Positions 27,701 to 40,600 of a DNA stretch of 64,000 bases are shown one piece after another. Below the pieces are notes generated by a model. That model searched no databases. It saw only the letters and a program-made list of their open reading frames with translations, and had not been told where the DNA came from. This DNA comes from Pecten maximus (Eukaryota), in NCBI RefSeq assembly GCF_902652985.1, contig NC_047016.1:21824001-21888000 (forward strand), read 5' to 3'. Made by a program: the position numbers and the translations under genes. Numbering within the stretch: the stretch's first letter is position 1; every line of letters begins with the position of its first letter.

Positions 27701-28500
27701 ACTTTATGACAAGTAGCGATTTAAAGGAATTGCCTCAATTTCCCCTATTGAGCCCCGCCCCTCAGGTCCCTTGCGGGTCAGAGTCACCATTTATGCAAAA
27801 TCTAATCCCCTTCTGCCAAGGATGTTTCTGACCAAATTTGGTCAAAATCCAATTGGAACTTTTTGACTAGTAGCGATTTGAAGGAATTAACTCTATTTCC
27901 CCTATGGAGCCCCGCCCCTTTGGCCCCTTGGGGGTCAGAGTCACCATCTATGCAAAATCTGTTTCCATTTCACCAATGGTGTTTCTGACTAAATTGGGTT
28001 CAAATCCATTCATAACTTGAAGACTAGTAGCGATTTAAAGGAATTACCTCTATTTCCCCTATTGGGCCCCGCCCCTTTGGCCCATCGGGGGTCTGAGTCA
28101 CCATTGATGCAAAATCTGTTCCTCTTCTCACAAGAATGTTTCTGACCAAATTGGGTTCATATCCATTCATAACTTTATGACAAGTAGCGATCTAAAGGAA
28201 TTGCCTCAATTTCCCCTATTGGGCCCCGCCCTCAGGCCCCTTGGGGGTCAGTCACCATTGATGCAAAATCTGATCCCCTTCCCAAAAGAATGATTCTGAC
28301 CAAATTGGGTTCAAATCCATTCATAACTTGATGACTAGTAGCCATTTAAAGGAATTGCCTCAATTTCCCCTATTGGGCCCCGCCCCTCAGGCCCCTTGGG
28401 GGTCAGAGTCACCATTTATGCCAAATCTGCTCCCCTTCTGCCAAGGATATTTCTGACCAAAGGTCGATATCCAATAGGAACTTTTTGACAAGTAGCGATT
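24739..28500. repeat. ~167-bp satellite array (~22 monomers; about one more monomer lies left of the Polinton at ~14850-15018)
   Basis: Monomer actagtagcgatttaaaggaattacctctatttcccctatgggccccgcccctttggcccctcgggggtcagagtcaccatttatgcaaaatctg...ctgaccaaattgggttcaaatcc..tcataactttatg, with two recurrent sub-variants. Confidence 0.95.
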
Positions 28501-31500
28501 TGAAGCAAATGTTGACGGACGACGGACGACGGACGGACGACGGACGCCGCACCATGGCATAAGCTCACCGGACCTTCGGTCCAGGTGAGCTAAAAAGCTT
28601 TGGTTGGAGTCGTATAAAATAGAATTGGTTGATGGTAACATACGCACAGACGCAAGATACCTCATTGACGTATGAACAACCCCATTGATTCCCAATGTGC
28701 AGTGAACCCTGATAGTCACGAATCATGAAAAGTCTCAATTGTATGATAAAACCCTGTCCCTAACCGTAGTGAACGTATGCCCCAAGAGTGAATACATTAA
28801 CACTATCTAATAGTTCCACTTACCTTCATGGCGAGTTTATATTCCAAATACAAAAATACAAAATTCCATTTTGTAAGCTCGTGTCTTTTCAAAATTAGAA
28901 AACTAATAACTCGACTAAATAAAAATAAAATTTTGAACAGGTACACAGCTTGTCAATGTGTTTATAAATCTGTACATGTGTACACTGTACCGGCTGTCGG
29001 CATGTTCCAGTGACTTCACTAGCTAAAATTCACTGTAGTGGAATACACAGGTAGGTTCTGGTATACGTAATGGAGTGAGTTGTAAGCAAGTATAGGTTTG
29101 CTTTGTATGACTATGCCTCGGTCAGTTTGTGGTGTGTTTACTTGACCGATACAAGTATAGGTTATAGTATTCATTACACCCTCGTCCGGCTCGCTCGAAT
29201 ATACAGAAGAAGCGAGTGAAAAAAATGTACTCACCTTGTCAAATTTTTGTGTATTATTTACCTGTGCCTATTTGAGTATTCGTCAGTACCAACGAATCTT
29301 CCATTAATATATTAGCATAAATGTTTTACAAACGTGTCAGCTATTAGGGCATTCTATTTTAGTTTTGTAATAATCGAATCTTCAAATGTTTCGATCACAT
29401 TCTCTCTTTTCACCCCTGAAATATGCCATGGCAAAATCGAAGGTTCCCGAAAAGTAATTTGATCTGACTACAGCCGTTTCAGGAGAAACAAAAAACCCTG
29501 ACCAATCATAATCCACGATATCGTCTGTCTGCTTTGCAACTTTTCAAAAAAACATGGTGACGACCTTGCTGGATTGTCGCTCACGAAGGACAGCTTACCA
29601 GAGAAAAAAAGGTAGAGTGATCTTAGGTACATATGTACGTTCGTCTTTGTGTTTGACTTCCCTATCACAAACAATAGACTACGTTACTTCAGAAACGACA
29701 GTTTATCACATTATATAATATACATTCCACACAGCCTACCTCGGATAACGTTTTATTTACCGGCTTCAAAAACAGATCGACGAAACTTCAAATGTTTTTG
29801 TTTAGAATCAGCGTGGTCACCGAGAAGTCAGACTGAGAATTTATCAAAACAAACTACAACGATGCCTGTTATTTTAACCTTATAAAGCCGAAGTACGAGC
29901 TCTCTTATTCAGAGGGATGTGTTACATTACTATTTGTCAATGGGATGCTGTTGCATCATATTATATACCAAAAGTCTGTTTTCAGATTATACGTGTGAAA
30001 TATTAAAACTGCACCTGTTATAAGATATCAAAATCAGAAAATGGTCTCGGACGATGTTTTTATAATATTCTAGATATGTCAAGAGTACTGTCTGAATCGT
30101 TTATATAAATAATCATGGGATGCGTTAGTAATTTCCTGGTACATACATTGATTTGATTTTAATTTTCCCCGGATACCATAATTTATACCTTAACTTGAAT
30201 CAATTTATGGTGCCAAAAGCACGTTTCAAATCAACAAAGCAATAATATAGCCTTTTGTAATTGTTTAAGGATTTAGTAAACATAACATGTAGTGCGAAAA
30301 CAGCATCAATAGTGCTTAAACCAGGGCGAAACCCAAACTGGGTATCTGAAATCACATAACTGGTTTCTGACCATTTTATGTCACGGGTATTAAAGATAGA
30401 TGTAAGTAGTTTTGTTATACAACTTAAAAGACTAATGCTCCTGTTAAATGATTAATGACGTCACCAAAAAGATGTACAATGCCGCACGATTGTCTGTGTG
30501 GAAAAACCGTCCGAGTCGAAATTCGTCTGACCTTTATAGAAACAAAATAAGTTTTGACCTTTATTCGCATTAATATGGGTTATTTGATAAACAGAATCTA
30601 AACTCATGTGTAATACAGAATACGAATTTTTTAAAACTTGTATGTCATCTGTCTAAGGACTGAAATGTATATGAAATTATTGTATTCGTTTTATAAATTC
30701 TATATAACAGCCAGTCATGTAAGATCCTCTGTTTAACGTTACTAAAAATCGTCATAACTATTGTAATTTCTATTAACTAGAAAATCAAACTAATTTTATT
30801 TCCGTAGTCACAGCATTGAGTAGAACTGGTATCCATCGCCTGTAACTCTGACACACATCAAAGATGGTGACCTCTGTTGTCCTAGAGATATCATTATTGT
30901 TTTCGTTTCAATCTTAAAAACAAAAATACTTGTGTAAATTATTTAACAAAATAAAACTTACCTTTCGCACAAACAACCACAAGTACAATTGACCAACAAT
31001 AAAGATTCAGTATTTAATTCAATTCCGCTATTTTTGGATTTGTCTGCACGGCACTTCCAGTTGCTAACAGTTCGTGCGTTATCAAAGCTTCGTGATTTAA
31101 TACTAGTCAGTGATGAAATACTGGTTTCTAACCTGTAGGAGCATCACTGTTATGATATATGGTGAGAGGTTCCCGTCACTTTGATTCTACGTTATCATAG
31201 GACCGAGGAGGAAATCTGTACATTGTGTATTATCATTTTATACAAATTTAATCACATAATCGTTGGGTTATCCAAAGAATTCGCCTGTGTAATATTTTTG
31301 CATATGTCACTTGTATATATTACCCTGAACCTGCAACACTCAGAAATCGATTGTGATGTCATTATGTACATAATGACGTTACGTTAGGATTTGACACTGA
31401 CGCAAAAAAAAAAAAACAAAAAAAAAAACGGCTGCGTTCGTCTGATTTAGCCCTCCACAATTAGAAATGAATGTTTATTACTTCTGTAATCTCATTTTAT

Positions 31501-32239
31501 ATCATTTTTAATGAAACTGATCTCGAATCTTTAATTTTATTCGACACAGTCTGCAAAAATAATAATTTAAAAAAAAAAAACCGTTATTGATTTTGATTTC
31601 TTGTTTTGCTAAATCTTCACTTAAGCAATGATACATGTAGGAATATCTTCTTGTTTCAGGCTGTTAGGAAATAAAACCGCTGTATCAGCCAATTAAAAGC
31701 GACGCTACAGATGGTGACGTCATATTTTACATTAATTATTGACCAAATGAAAACGCTTGTTATAGGCAAGATTAAATTGTATACACTTTGAAACACTTAG
31801 AAAATTTAACTTCACGGGACATGTTTTCACTACAGCAAATTATAACAAATCATACAAACAATAACTTGTGTGGAATGTTTTTTAATGCAGATACAGTAAA
31901 GATGAGTATCAGATATCCTGTTTCTATAATTCTGTCAAATCTATGGACATTCATGTACTTACAATGTGCTTGTACACGTATACTTTTTAACATTTTGATA
32001 TCGATATGGGGTATTGACTCGTAGGTAAAATACACGTTTATGTAGACATGTACTATTGTACTTGTCACTTCCAGCTACTCAAAGGACTGTATTCCATACA
32101 TTTACTGTGACCAGTATACAATGTATATACGGACCACTGATTAGAATGACCATGTTCGGTTGCAGGATGAAAAAAAAGAAACTAATCTTTAATGTGAAAT
32201 GGTGAATCACAGATACGACACCTGAAATGAACTTATCAG

Positions 32240-34060
32240 AGCTACCGAGAGACTGTCCCACACAGCTACCGAGAGACTGTCCCACAGAGCTACCGAGAGG
32301 CTGTCTCACAGAGCTACAGAGAGGCTGTCTCATAGAGCTATCGAGAGGCTGTCCCACAGAGCTACCGAGAGCCTGTCCCATAGAGCTATCGAGAGGCTGT
32401 CTCACAGAGTTACAGAGAGGCTGTCTCACAAAGTCACCGAGAGGCTGTCTCACAGAGCTACAGAGAGGCTGTCCCACACAGCTACAGAGAGGCTGTCTCA
32501 CAGAGCTACCGAGAGCCTGTCCCATAGAGCTATCGAGAGGCTGTCTCACAGAGTTACAGAGAGGCTGTCTCACAAAGTCACCGAGAGGCTGTCTCACAGA
32601 GCTACCGAGAGGCTGTCTCACACAGCTACAGAGAGGCTGTCTCACAGAGCTACAGAGAGGCTGTCTCACACAGCTACAGAGAGGCTGTCCCACAGAGCTA
32701 CAGAGAGGCTGTCTCACACAGCTACCGAGAGGCTGTCTCACACAGCTACAGAGAGGCTGTCCCACAGAGCTACCGAGAGGCTGTCTCACAGAGTCACCGA
32801 GAGGCTGTCTCACACAGCTACAGAGAGGCTGTCCCACAGAGCTACAGAGAGGCTGTCTCACACAGCTATCGAGAGGCTGTCTCACACAGCTACAGAGAGG
32901 CTGTCCCACAGAGCTACAGAGAGGCTGTCTCACAGAGCTACCGAGAGGCTGTCTCACAGAGTCACCGAGAGGCTGTCTCACAAAGTCACCGAGAGGCTGT
33001 CTCACACAGCTACCGAGAGGCTGTCTCACACAGCTACAGAGAGGCTGTCCCACAGAGCTACCGAGAGGCTGTCTCACAGAGTCACCGAGAGGCTGTCTCA
33101 CAGAGCTACAGAGAGGCTGTCCCACAGAGCTATCGAGAGGCTATCTCACAGAGTCACCGAGAGGCTGTCTCACAGAGTCACCGAGAGGCTGTCCCACAGA
33201 GCTATTGAGAGGCTGTCCCACAGAGCTACCGAGAGGCTGTCTCACAGAGCTACAGAGAGGCTGTCCCACAGAGCTATCGAGAGGCTATCTCACAGAGTCA
33301 CCGAGAGGCTGTCCCACAGAGCTATTGAGAGGCTGTCCCACAGAGTCACCGAGAGGCTGTCTCACAGAGCTACAGAGAGGCTGTCTCGCACAGCTACAGA
33401 GAGGCTGTCCCACAGAGCTATCGAGAGGCTATCTCACAGAGTCACCGAGAGGCTGTCTCACAGAGTCACCGAGAGGCTGTCTCACAGAGCTACAGAGAGG
33501 CTGTCTCGCACAGCTACAGAGAGGCTGTCCCACAGAGCTACCGAGAGGCTGTCCCACAGATCTACCGAGAGGCTGTCTCATAGAGCTATCGAGAGGCTGT
33601 CTCACAGAGCTACCGAGAGGCTGTCTCACAGAGCTACAGAGAGGTTGTCTCACACAGCTACCGAGAGGCTGTCTCACAGAGCTACCGAGAGCCTGTCCCA
33701 CAGAGCTATCGAGAGGCTGTCTCACACAGCTACAGAGAGGCTGTCTCACAGAGCTACCGAGAGGCTGTCCCACAGAGCTACAGAGAGGCTGTCTCACAGA
33801 GCTACAGAGAGGCTGTCTCACAGAGCTATCGAGAGGCTGTCCCACAGAGCTATCGAGAGGCTGTCCCACAGAGCTATCGAGAGGCTGTCTCACAGAGCTA
33901 CCGAGAGGCTGTCTCACAGAGCTACAGAGAGGCTGTCTCACAGAGCTACAGAGAGGCTGTCTCACAGAGCTATCGAGAGGCTGTCCCACAGAGCTATCGA
34001 GAGGCTGTCCCACAGAGATATCGAGAGGCTGTCCCACAGAGCTACCGAGGGCTGTCTCAC
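32240..34060. repeat. 24-bp minisatellite, ~76 copies
   Basis: Unit cacagagctaccgagaggctgtct with recurring variants. It produces spurious ORFs on both strands. Confidence 0.97.
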
Positions 34061-34456
34061 ATAAAATTGTTAGCTTTGTTCTTGCGCTGCTGTCCTTTCT
34101 TTTTCTCGACCCCCATCACGTTGTTAAGTTGGTTAACCATAGCGCGTCGGCGCCTCTCTAGGTACTCCATTTGGTCCTCATCTATTATCTCCTCGACCTC
34201 CTCCTCAAAGTTGGGGTTATTTACGATGTTGCGCCCCTTTGTCGCAATCAAGAAGCGCCTGGCGTTGGCGTTGGCGAGCCCCTCCCCGTCTCGCGTATTC
34301 AGGTAACTGAGATAAAGCGCCATCTTCTTTTTCTGGTCCGCAAATTTATCAATTTCATCTGCGATATCGTCCACTACATCCGAATTTGGATTCGGGTCCT
34401 CTTCTTTTGATTTCACAGGCTCGGCACTCACTTCTTCCGGGGCAACTTTCTTCTTT
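34061..34456 (-). CDS. Internal coding exon of an uncharacterised, charged protein (probable last exon 32221->~32182)
   Basis: Open frame KKKVAPEEVSAEPVKSKEEDPNPNSDVVDDIADEIDKF...ANNF between acceptor ttactttatag and donor gtgaga, with GC content above the flanks. A phase-compatible downstream exon (ttcatttcag|G TGT CGT...) adds MCRICDSPFHIKD*. Upstream exons are uncertain. Confidence 0.6.
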
Positions 34457-36659
34457 CTATAAAGTAATTAACCAACACTTAATTAATGATAGTGATATTT
34501 GAAAATTAAAAACGTATCTAAAAGGCATTAAACACACCTTTTGTTAACTACACTTGAGCGTATTTAAACACATGACATAAGCCAAGATAAAAGTACAGCA
34601 GTTGAAATTGTTAGATGGATTGAAATAATTTCCAGTTCTATATTTTGGTGACTTTTTAGCATACGTTTGCCATTCTCCTAGGATCTAATTGTACTCATTT
34701 CTTGGGCAACTTGTTTATTCAAAAGAGGGTATCTGTACAGGTAGCAAAGACTTAGAAAGTCATTCAAATAACCGTTAGATATATAAATGTTGTGCTATCT
34801 TTAAATAACGTAAACTTATTAATTGCTGAAAAAATAAATTATAGACACTACAGACTCTTCACCATCGCCCGCTTACCTCGATCTTCATTTACGTAACCAA
34901 AAGCAACCACTTACAACTAAGACGTATATCTATGGCAATCGTGATGACTTCAATTTCTTATTGTTAATTTTCCATTTTTATATAGTAACATTCCTGCACC
35001 CCTTCTGCGGTGCTTACATCTCCCAGCAACATAAAATTTCAATAGATCTATATTGATGATTTTGATCATTATAAAGTTATGGTGAGATCGTGATTCCGTT
35101 TGGATATATCCCATTTCCTTTTGTGATACCAAGCTTGATGTGTTCAATATCCGTTCATGTTCCTGGGAATCACTTACATGGTTCTCATTTTGAAGAATGA
35201 CACGACATGGATTTGACCAAGATTTACATGACTGGCATCGTTCACGAAGCAGAAGACGCTTACCCTCCCGGAATACCTGGTCGTATTCTGAATTTACTTT
35301 GTATGGTATTAGTGTTGTTATTGATGATGTTCATATACTGCCCTCCCTTTGTTGATTTTGAGTTGGACTTAAGATTTTATTTATACATGTGTATGTTTTC
35401 TACCAATAAACCTATTTTTAATATATTAACGTATTTTTATTTTTTTTTTTTTTACGCATGAGCAAATAACGTCATATTTGAAGCGACAGCCAGAAGCATG
35501 ATAACGCACCCTAACATGAAAACACTTTTAACTATTTTATATAGCAATGACAGTCACTAGCACGATAGCATACCGATATATAAACATGTTCATATTATTA
35601 AGTTAAACGTAAGTATTGTGATTGTATTTTTATCTGAAATATTTCAGTTTTATTTCAATGAGGACAAACAAAAGCACAGTATCCGAATCATATATCATAC
35701 TTACTTTTTACTTAGACAAGCTACCAGTACAATAGCTCCGACCAATATTAGGAGTGCCAGAAACAACAACACTATATTGGGACATCCGCTTATCATTCCA
35801 TGGTCCCCTGTGGACAGTTATAAAAAATAATCACTTTAAATGTTCTGTTATTAAGATAAACTGCTTTTCTTGGAGTAAAACATTTCTTTTTCACTTCCGA
35901 ATATCTCAACTTGATTCATCAAACAAATTTATAATTGACATTTTGTATATTGTATACAATGAATGGCAGAGACATGACCTACCTGACAGGAACTGGTTAT
36001 ACATGACATTTTCCCCCATTGTGATGTTACGTGGGTATCCACTTATATATCCTAGTGTCAGTCAGACGTCAGCAGTCTGTCATCCTGTACTAAACACCAC
36101 TACTTCTGTGCGTCCTGCTCAGGACGCCTGAAACGGCCGCCATTTTGAACGTTAGTACTCTTGATGTATCATTACAGTAACTGATTTTTTCCAGGTCAAG
36201 AAAATCTTGACGGAAGTTTATTAATTGCATTTTATTTGTTTTAGTATTTATATTTATTCATGTAGTTATTTTGCAAAATTTTATAATTGAGCATATTTAC
36301 AAAACGACGCAAATAAAAATACACTGTCTACTTTGTACCTCGATTTGTTGTGTTTAATGGTATATACTGGTGTCCTACTGCCATTGTTTATGTGTTAGCT
36401 AGTGTAGTGTTAATCTAGGATTAAGAAAATATTATAGCATAGCCGGAGAGAATTTACGTTACTTTTATTTCGGCGGAAAACTAATCTCGTATAAATCCCC
36501 ATTATTAAGGTCATACAATACTTACACTTATATAAAATATGGTATGCGAGTATAACGACCACGATTACGGAACACAATATATTTTTTTATGTAAGATATT
36601 CCGAGCAAATTAATTTTATTTGTAAGCAGACATGGGTCTCTGTCGAATCTAAATTAATT

Positions 36660-36870
36660 AGGTATGGTGAACTTGGTTCAGCAAAATGTCTATAGACTCT
36701 GTCATTAAGAACTGTGGATTCGTTACTTCGAACATGGCGTCTTTGGTTCAGTAGAACGTCTATGGACTGGGTATTTACAAACTGGGTCCTTTACTTCGGA
36801 CATGACGACCTTTGTTAAGTGAAACGTGTATAAACTTGGTAATTACAAACTCTGGGTTCGTTACTGCTAT
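36660..36870. repeat. Degenerate ~70-bp tandem repeat, ~3 copies
   Basis: Recurring atgg..ctt.ggttcag...gtctat.gact...aactg.g..cgttacttcg.ac. Confidence 0.55.
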
Positions 36871-37693
36871 TAGTTCTGATATTTTGGACACATCAGTGTC
36901 CTACTATCAACGATGATTTGTTTTGAGAGGAAGTCCGATCAATCCGGACATTTGGGATCCAGTAGAATCGTTAGTTAGAAAACCAAATAATCGGTGAGCA
37001 ATCGAATCTGGTTAGTTGTCTGGACATCTGGTTTCCACAAAATCGACTTTTCGTCAATTACACCCATGTTAATTAATTATTTCTTGAACAATTGGTTATC
37101 CCAGATCTGAAGTTGGTCTATAGTACTTACATTACAAGCTTACTCTAACTTTATAATTGATGTGAACCATAAACCAATGTTACTGTACATTGTTATACCG
37201 GATCCACGTTCAATACCAAAGGTTTCACCGATTTTTAATTCTGCGATATGTTTTGAGCCTATATCGTGATAATATTTTTGGCATTTTTTGTCCCCTTTTT
37301 TAAATTAACCAAACTGAGACCTCATTGTAACGTCATATCCCAGTTTACCAGACAGCAGTCAAGGAACGACAAGAACAACGTGCTCAAACATTCAATGTAA
37401 GGTGTTTTATTTCACCGCCATCTCCAAAATCACAGCCGGTTTCCGGGCATGCGCAGTTAACAACTACTAAATTGAGATTACTTTGTATAGCAAATATGCA
37501 AAGTTGTATACTACCATTATCAATAGTGAATATATTGAGCTCAATTAATTACATCATATATCATTACAGGCATGAAGGTACAGATGAGAAATAGTTATGG
37601 AAATGAACTAAGATATACATCACAAATATGTATACAAATAACCAATGCTCAACAAACGGGAATGTAGACATTGTATATAAATATCACAGAGTT

Positions 37694-40600
37694 TTAGCAA
37701 TCGTTGTTACCATTTTCGTTTGGCTTTACTGAATACTGTTGATCTGAGGAAACTCCATTATCCCTGCAACACGTGGTTTGTGACAAACTGTCATATTCAA
37801 ACGTAGGCAAGAATGGCACATATCTACACCATTTGTTTCTGTGAAGGAGAGGTGTTATAAGTGGCAGATCGTAAATAGACAGTGAACTGACAGCCGACTC
37901 CGCTCTAAACTCACTATCCTCATTGTCGTCAACATTTGTAGACGAAAGTTTATTTCGCCAAAGCAGTATTCCTCTTTCTTCGTCCGTCCCTATTAATAAA
38001 GAAGCTTCAATATATATATTTACTTAATAATCTAACGTATATCACCACATTGTTATAAACGTATTAACGCGAGTAAGGCTTTGCGACTTCAACGCCAAGA
38101 AAGATAACTCGCTTCAGATTTGAGGTTCAAGCAATGATGACACCATCAATGACGATAAATGGCATTAAATCATCAGTAAAATAATAATTGTAAAGTTAAA
38201 ATATTTCATATCTGATATAGTTTATAAAACCACCAGTTGTGTATCGGTTTTACATACCCGGTATTGTTTTGATAATTATTTTTAAAATACACGACACTGC
38301 AATTTCCATTATTTTTATATATCCCCAACATAGTATAATAAAACTTGATATAATTTTATGATTGATATTATTTGAATACAAACTCAAATGTATACGCACT
38401 CACCACACGCATGCATATCGCACGCACGGGAGGCCGTCCTTAAATGACCTTAGCTGTTAATAGGACGTTAAACTAAATAAACCAAACCAAATGTTTATCA
38501 TTTACATACAAACACGGTATTGTGTTGTTTATTTATAAACATACCAGGTATTGGATTGCTCATTATTTAAATACAAGCCCGGAATGCAATGTTTATTATA
38601 TATATATACATAGGGCCGACCACCACTGCGCCATTGAAACGTTCTTTTTTTAAGAACGTCGATGTGGCACAGCGGTATAAGCTGCGGATATTTAAAATTT
38701 CTGGCTAGGCGATTTGGTGCCGTAGATCGTGAGTTCGAGGCCCGGTCAGGGCACGAGTCAAAAATGTGTCTTCCTTCGTCATTTGTGTTACTATATATAC
38801 ATACTCGGTATTGTGTCTTTTATTATTTTTAGACAATCAAAACTGCATTTTTCATCATTTTTGTATACCTGGAACTGTATTACTTATGTTAAAAATGTGA
38901 ACGTACCTGGGACTGTATTGTCAAGGATAAACGCCAGCATGCCCCCAACAAACATCGCTGTACTCAACAACACCACAAGGGCCTGGTCCAGTTCGCCTAC
39001 TCCTGTTGTTGAAATAATTAAATTAGCATATGCCCATATTTGAAATCTTCATTTTCTCAAATAAGTGGTATCATAAATAAAGATTAAACGTGATTACAAC
39101 CTTACCTGTGTTAATAACCCCTGGGTTGTCATTCAGGTATTTGGGCGCCATTAGTCCAATCAGCAATGACGACCCAATGATACATAAATTCCGGCCAGAT
39201 GACAAGTCCACGAACTGTAAATTAGATAGTCCCACTGACGTCACCATTCCGAAACTGATGACCACTATGCCACCCAAAACCGGATCAGGAAGCATCACTA
39301 GGACCGCACCAAATTTTCCGAGCACGCCACAAATGAGGAAAATGAGTCCGGCGGCCACGAACGCTCCACGGCTGGCGACCTGTGTTCATTCACAAATATA
39401 AAAGAAGCTACCTTCGTTATGTTATCTACAGTAGTCTTATATGAAAACAGTACAGCTACATGTAAAGGAAATCGTCATTTATCTTTAAGGAGAAAAGGAC
39501 TCAATAACACAAATGTATGACTCATGTCTTCTATACATGTACTTGATTTTCAGGTGAATTGTGAAATATTAAAGTAAATTTTCATCAGGTTGACATATTG
39601 ATATGTTTTGGTGATTCCATAAGAACACCGTCCCGATACAGAAAGCACTCGTATACATCTCCACTTTCCCAAGCAATCAACTGTTACATACCTTCGTGAA
39701 ACCGATGGCTCCTACATTCTGACTGTAGGATGTCGTCGCCCCACCAGAACCAACCAACCCAGACAAGATGCTTCCGAACCCTTCAATGGCGATTCCGCGG
39801 TTTATTGCGTGCGCCGGAGGGGGAGTGGCTCCTGACACTCTGGCGCATGCGTAGTAGTCCCCCACAGATTCAATGATAGACGTCAACGTAGCTGCCAACA
39901 TGGCCATGAAGCTTGCGATACTTACAGTCGGCAGTCCCCACTGACCTGTAACATTAAACAACAGATGTTATAACTTTTGTGCGGAATTAAGGGGAGATAA
40001 TTTCTTTAACTACTAGTTGATATAACTTAAGAGGGCTGTATTAAGTATATCGATGAAAAGTTGTACTTAACAGACACACGTACATTTTGTGTATGTTAGT
40101 ATGAACAGGGTTGTCCTCGTTATGACCAGGCAAAATCACTTGGAGGCATTTCTTACAATCTCAAAATGTTTTGAAACGAAAATGTAAAAAAAAAATTAAA
40201 AAAAAAGAAAGATTGCTTGGTCGTTTGTTAGTACAGAAGATGCTGATGATAAGGACAAATATACAGATATCCTTGCTTGGCGCCTGATGTTGTATTTCCC
40301 CGTCAATATATAACATTTTTATTAACAGATTAAGCAGAAGTGGGCTGAAATAACTAATTGTGAAGTAAACTAAAACATATCTACGTCGAGCATTTACAGG
40401 GATATGGAAAAAATAGCCACTCTGTCGAATAAAGCACGTCGGTTCTAGCGTCAGTCCTTGCCCAGTATTCCGGAAGTGAGCTGTTGGATGAAAATACTTC
40501 CGTTTCCGTTAAGATTGCACACACACTCCAGGACAGTCCTACGGCTAGCAAAACCTAAAATATATAAAGGTTGAAATTACCTTACAAACTCGTAGTTGAT

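Larger units (their letters stand above)
14633..28596 (+). mobile_element. Non-autonomous Helentron-associated (HINE / pearl-like) element with internal ~167-bp satellite array, interrupted by the Polinton-like element
   Basis: Start aacaagaggcccatgggg...cgctcacctg. End has a (ggac/gacg)n microsatellite and the hairpin agctcaccggaccttcggtccaggtgagct followed by an A-run. Subterminal inverted motifs gctcacctg / caggtgagc. This architecture is typical of bivalve HINE/pearl elements. Confidence 0.75.

Noticed and set aside
24703-28719. Several 60-130-aa ORFs in the satellite
   Set aside because: Chance open frames in ~167-bp tandem repeats.
32079-34161. Long ORFs (644, 348, 202, 139 aa) with LTELPRGC / SVRQPLCS repeats
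   Set aside because: By-products of a 24-bp stop-free minisatellite, open on both strands and lying in a predicted intron.
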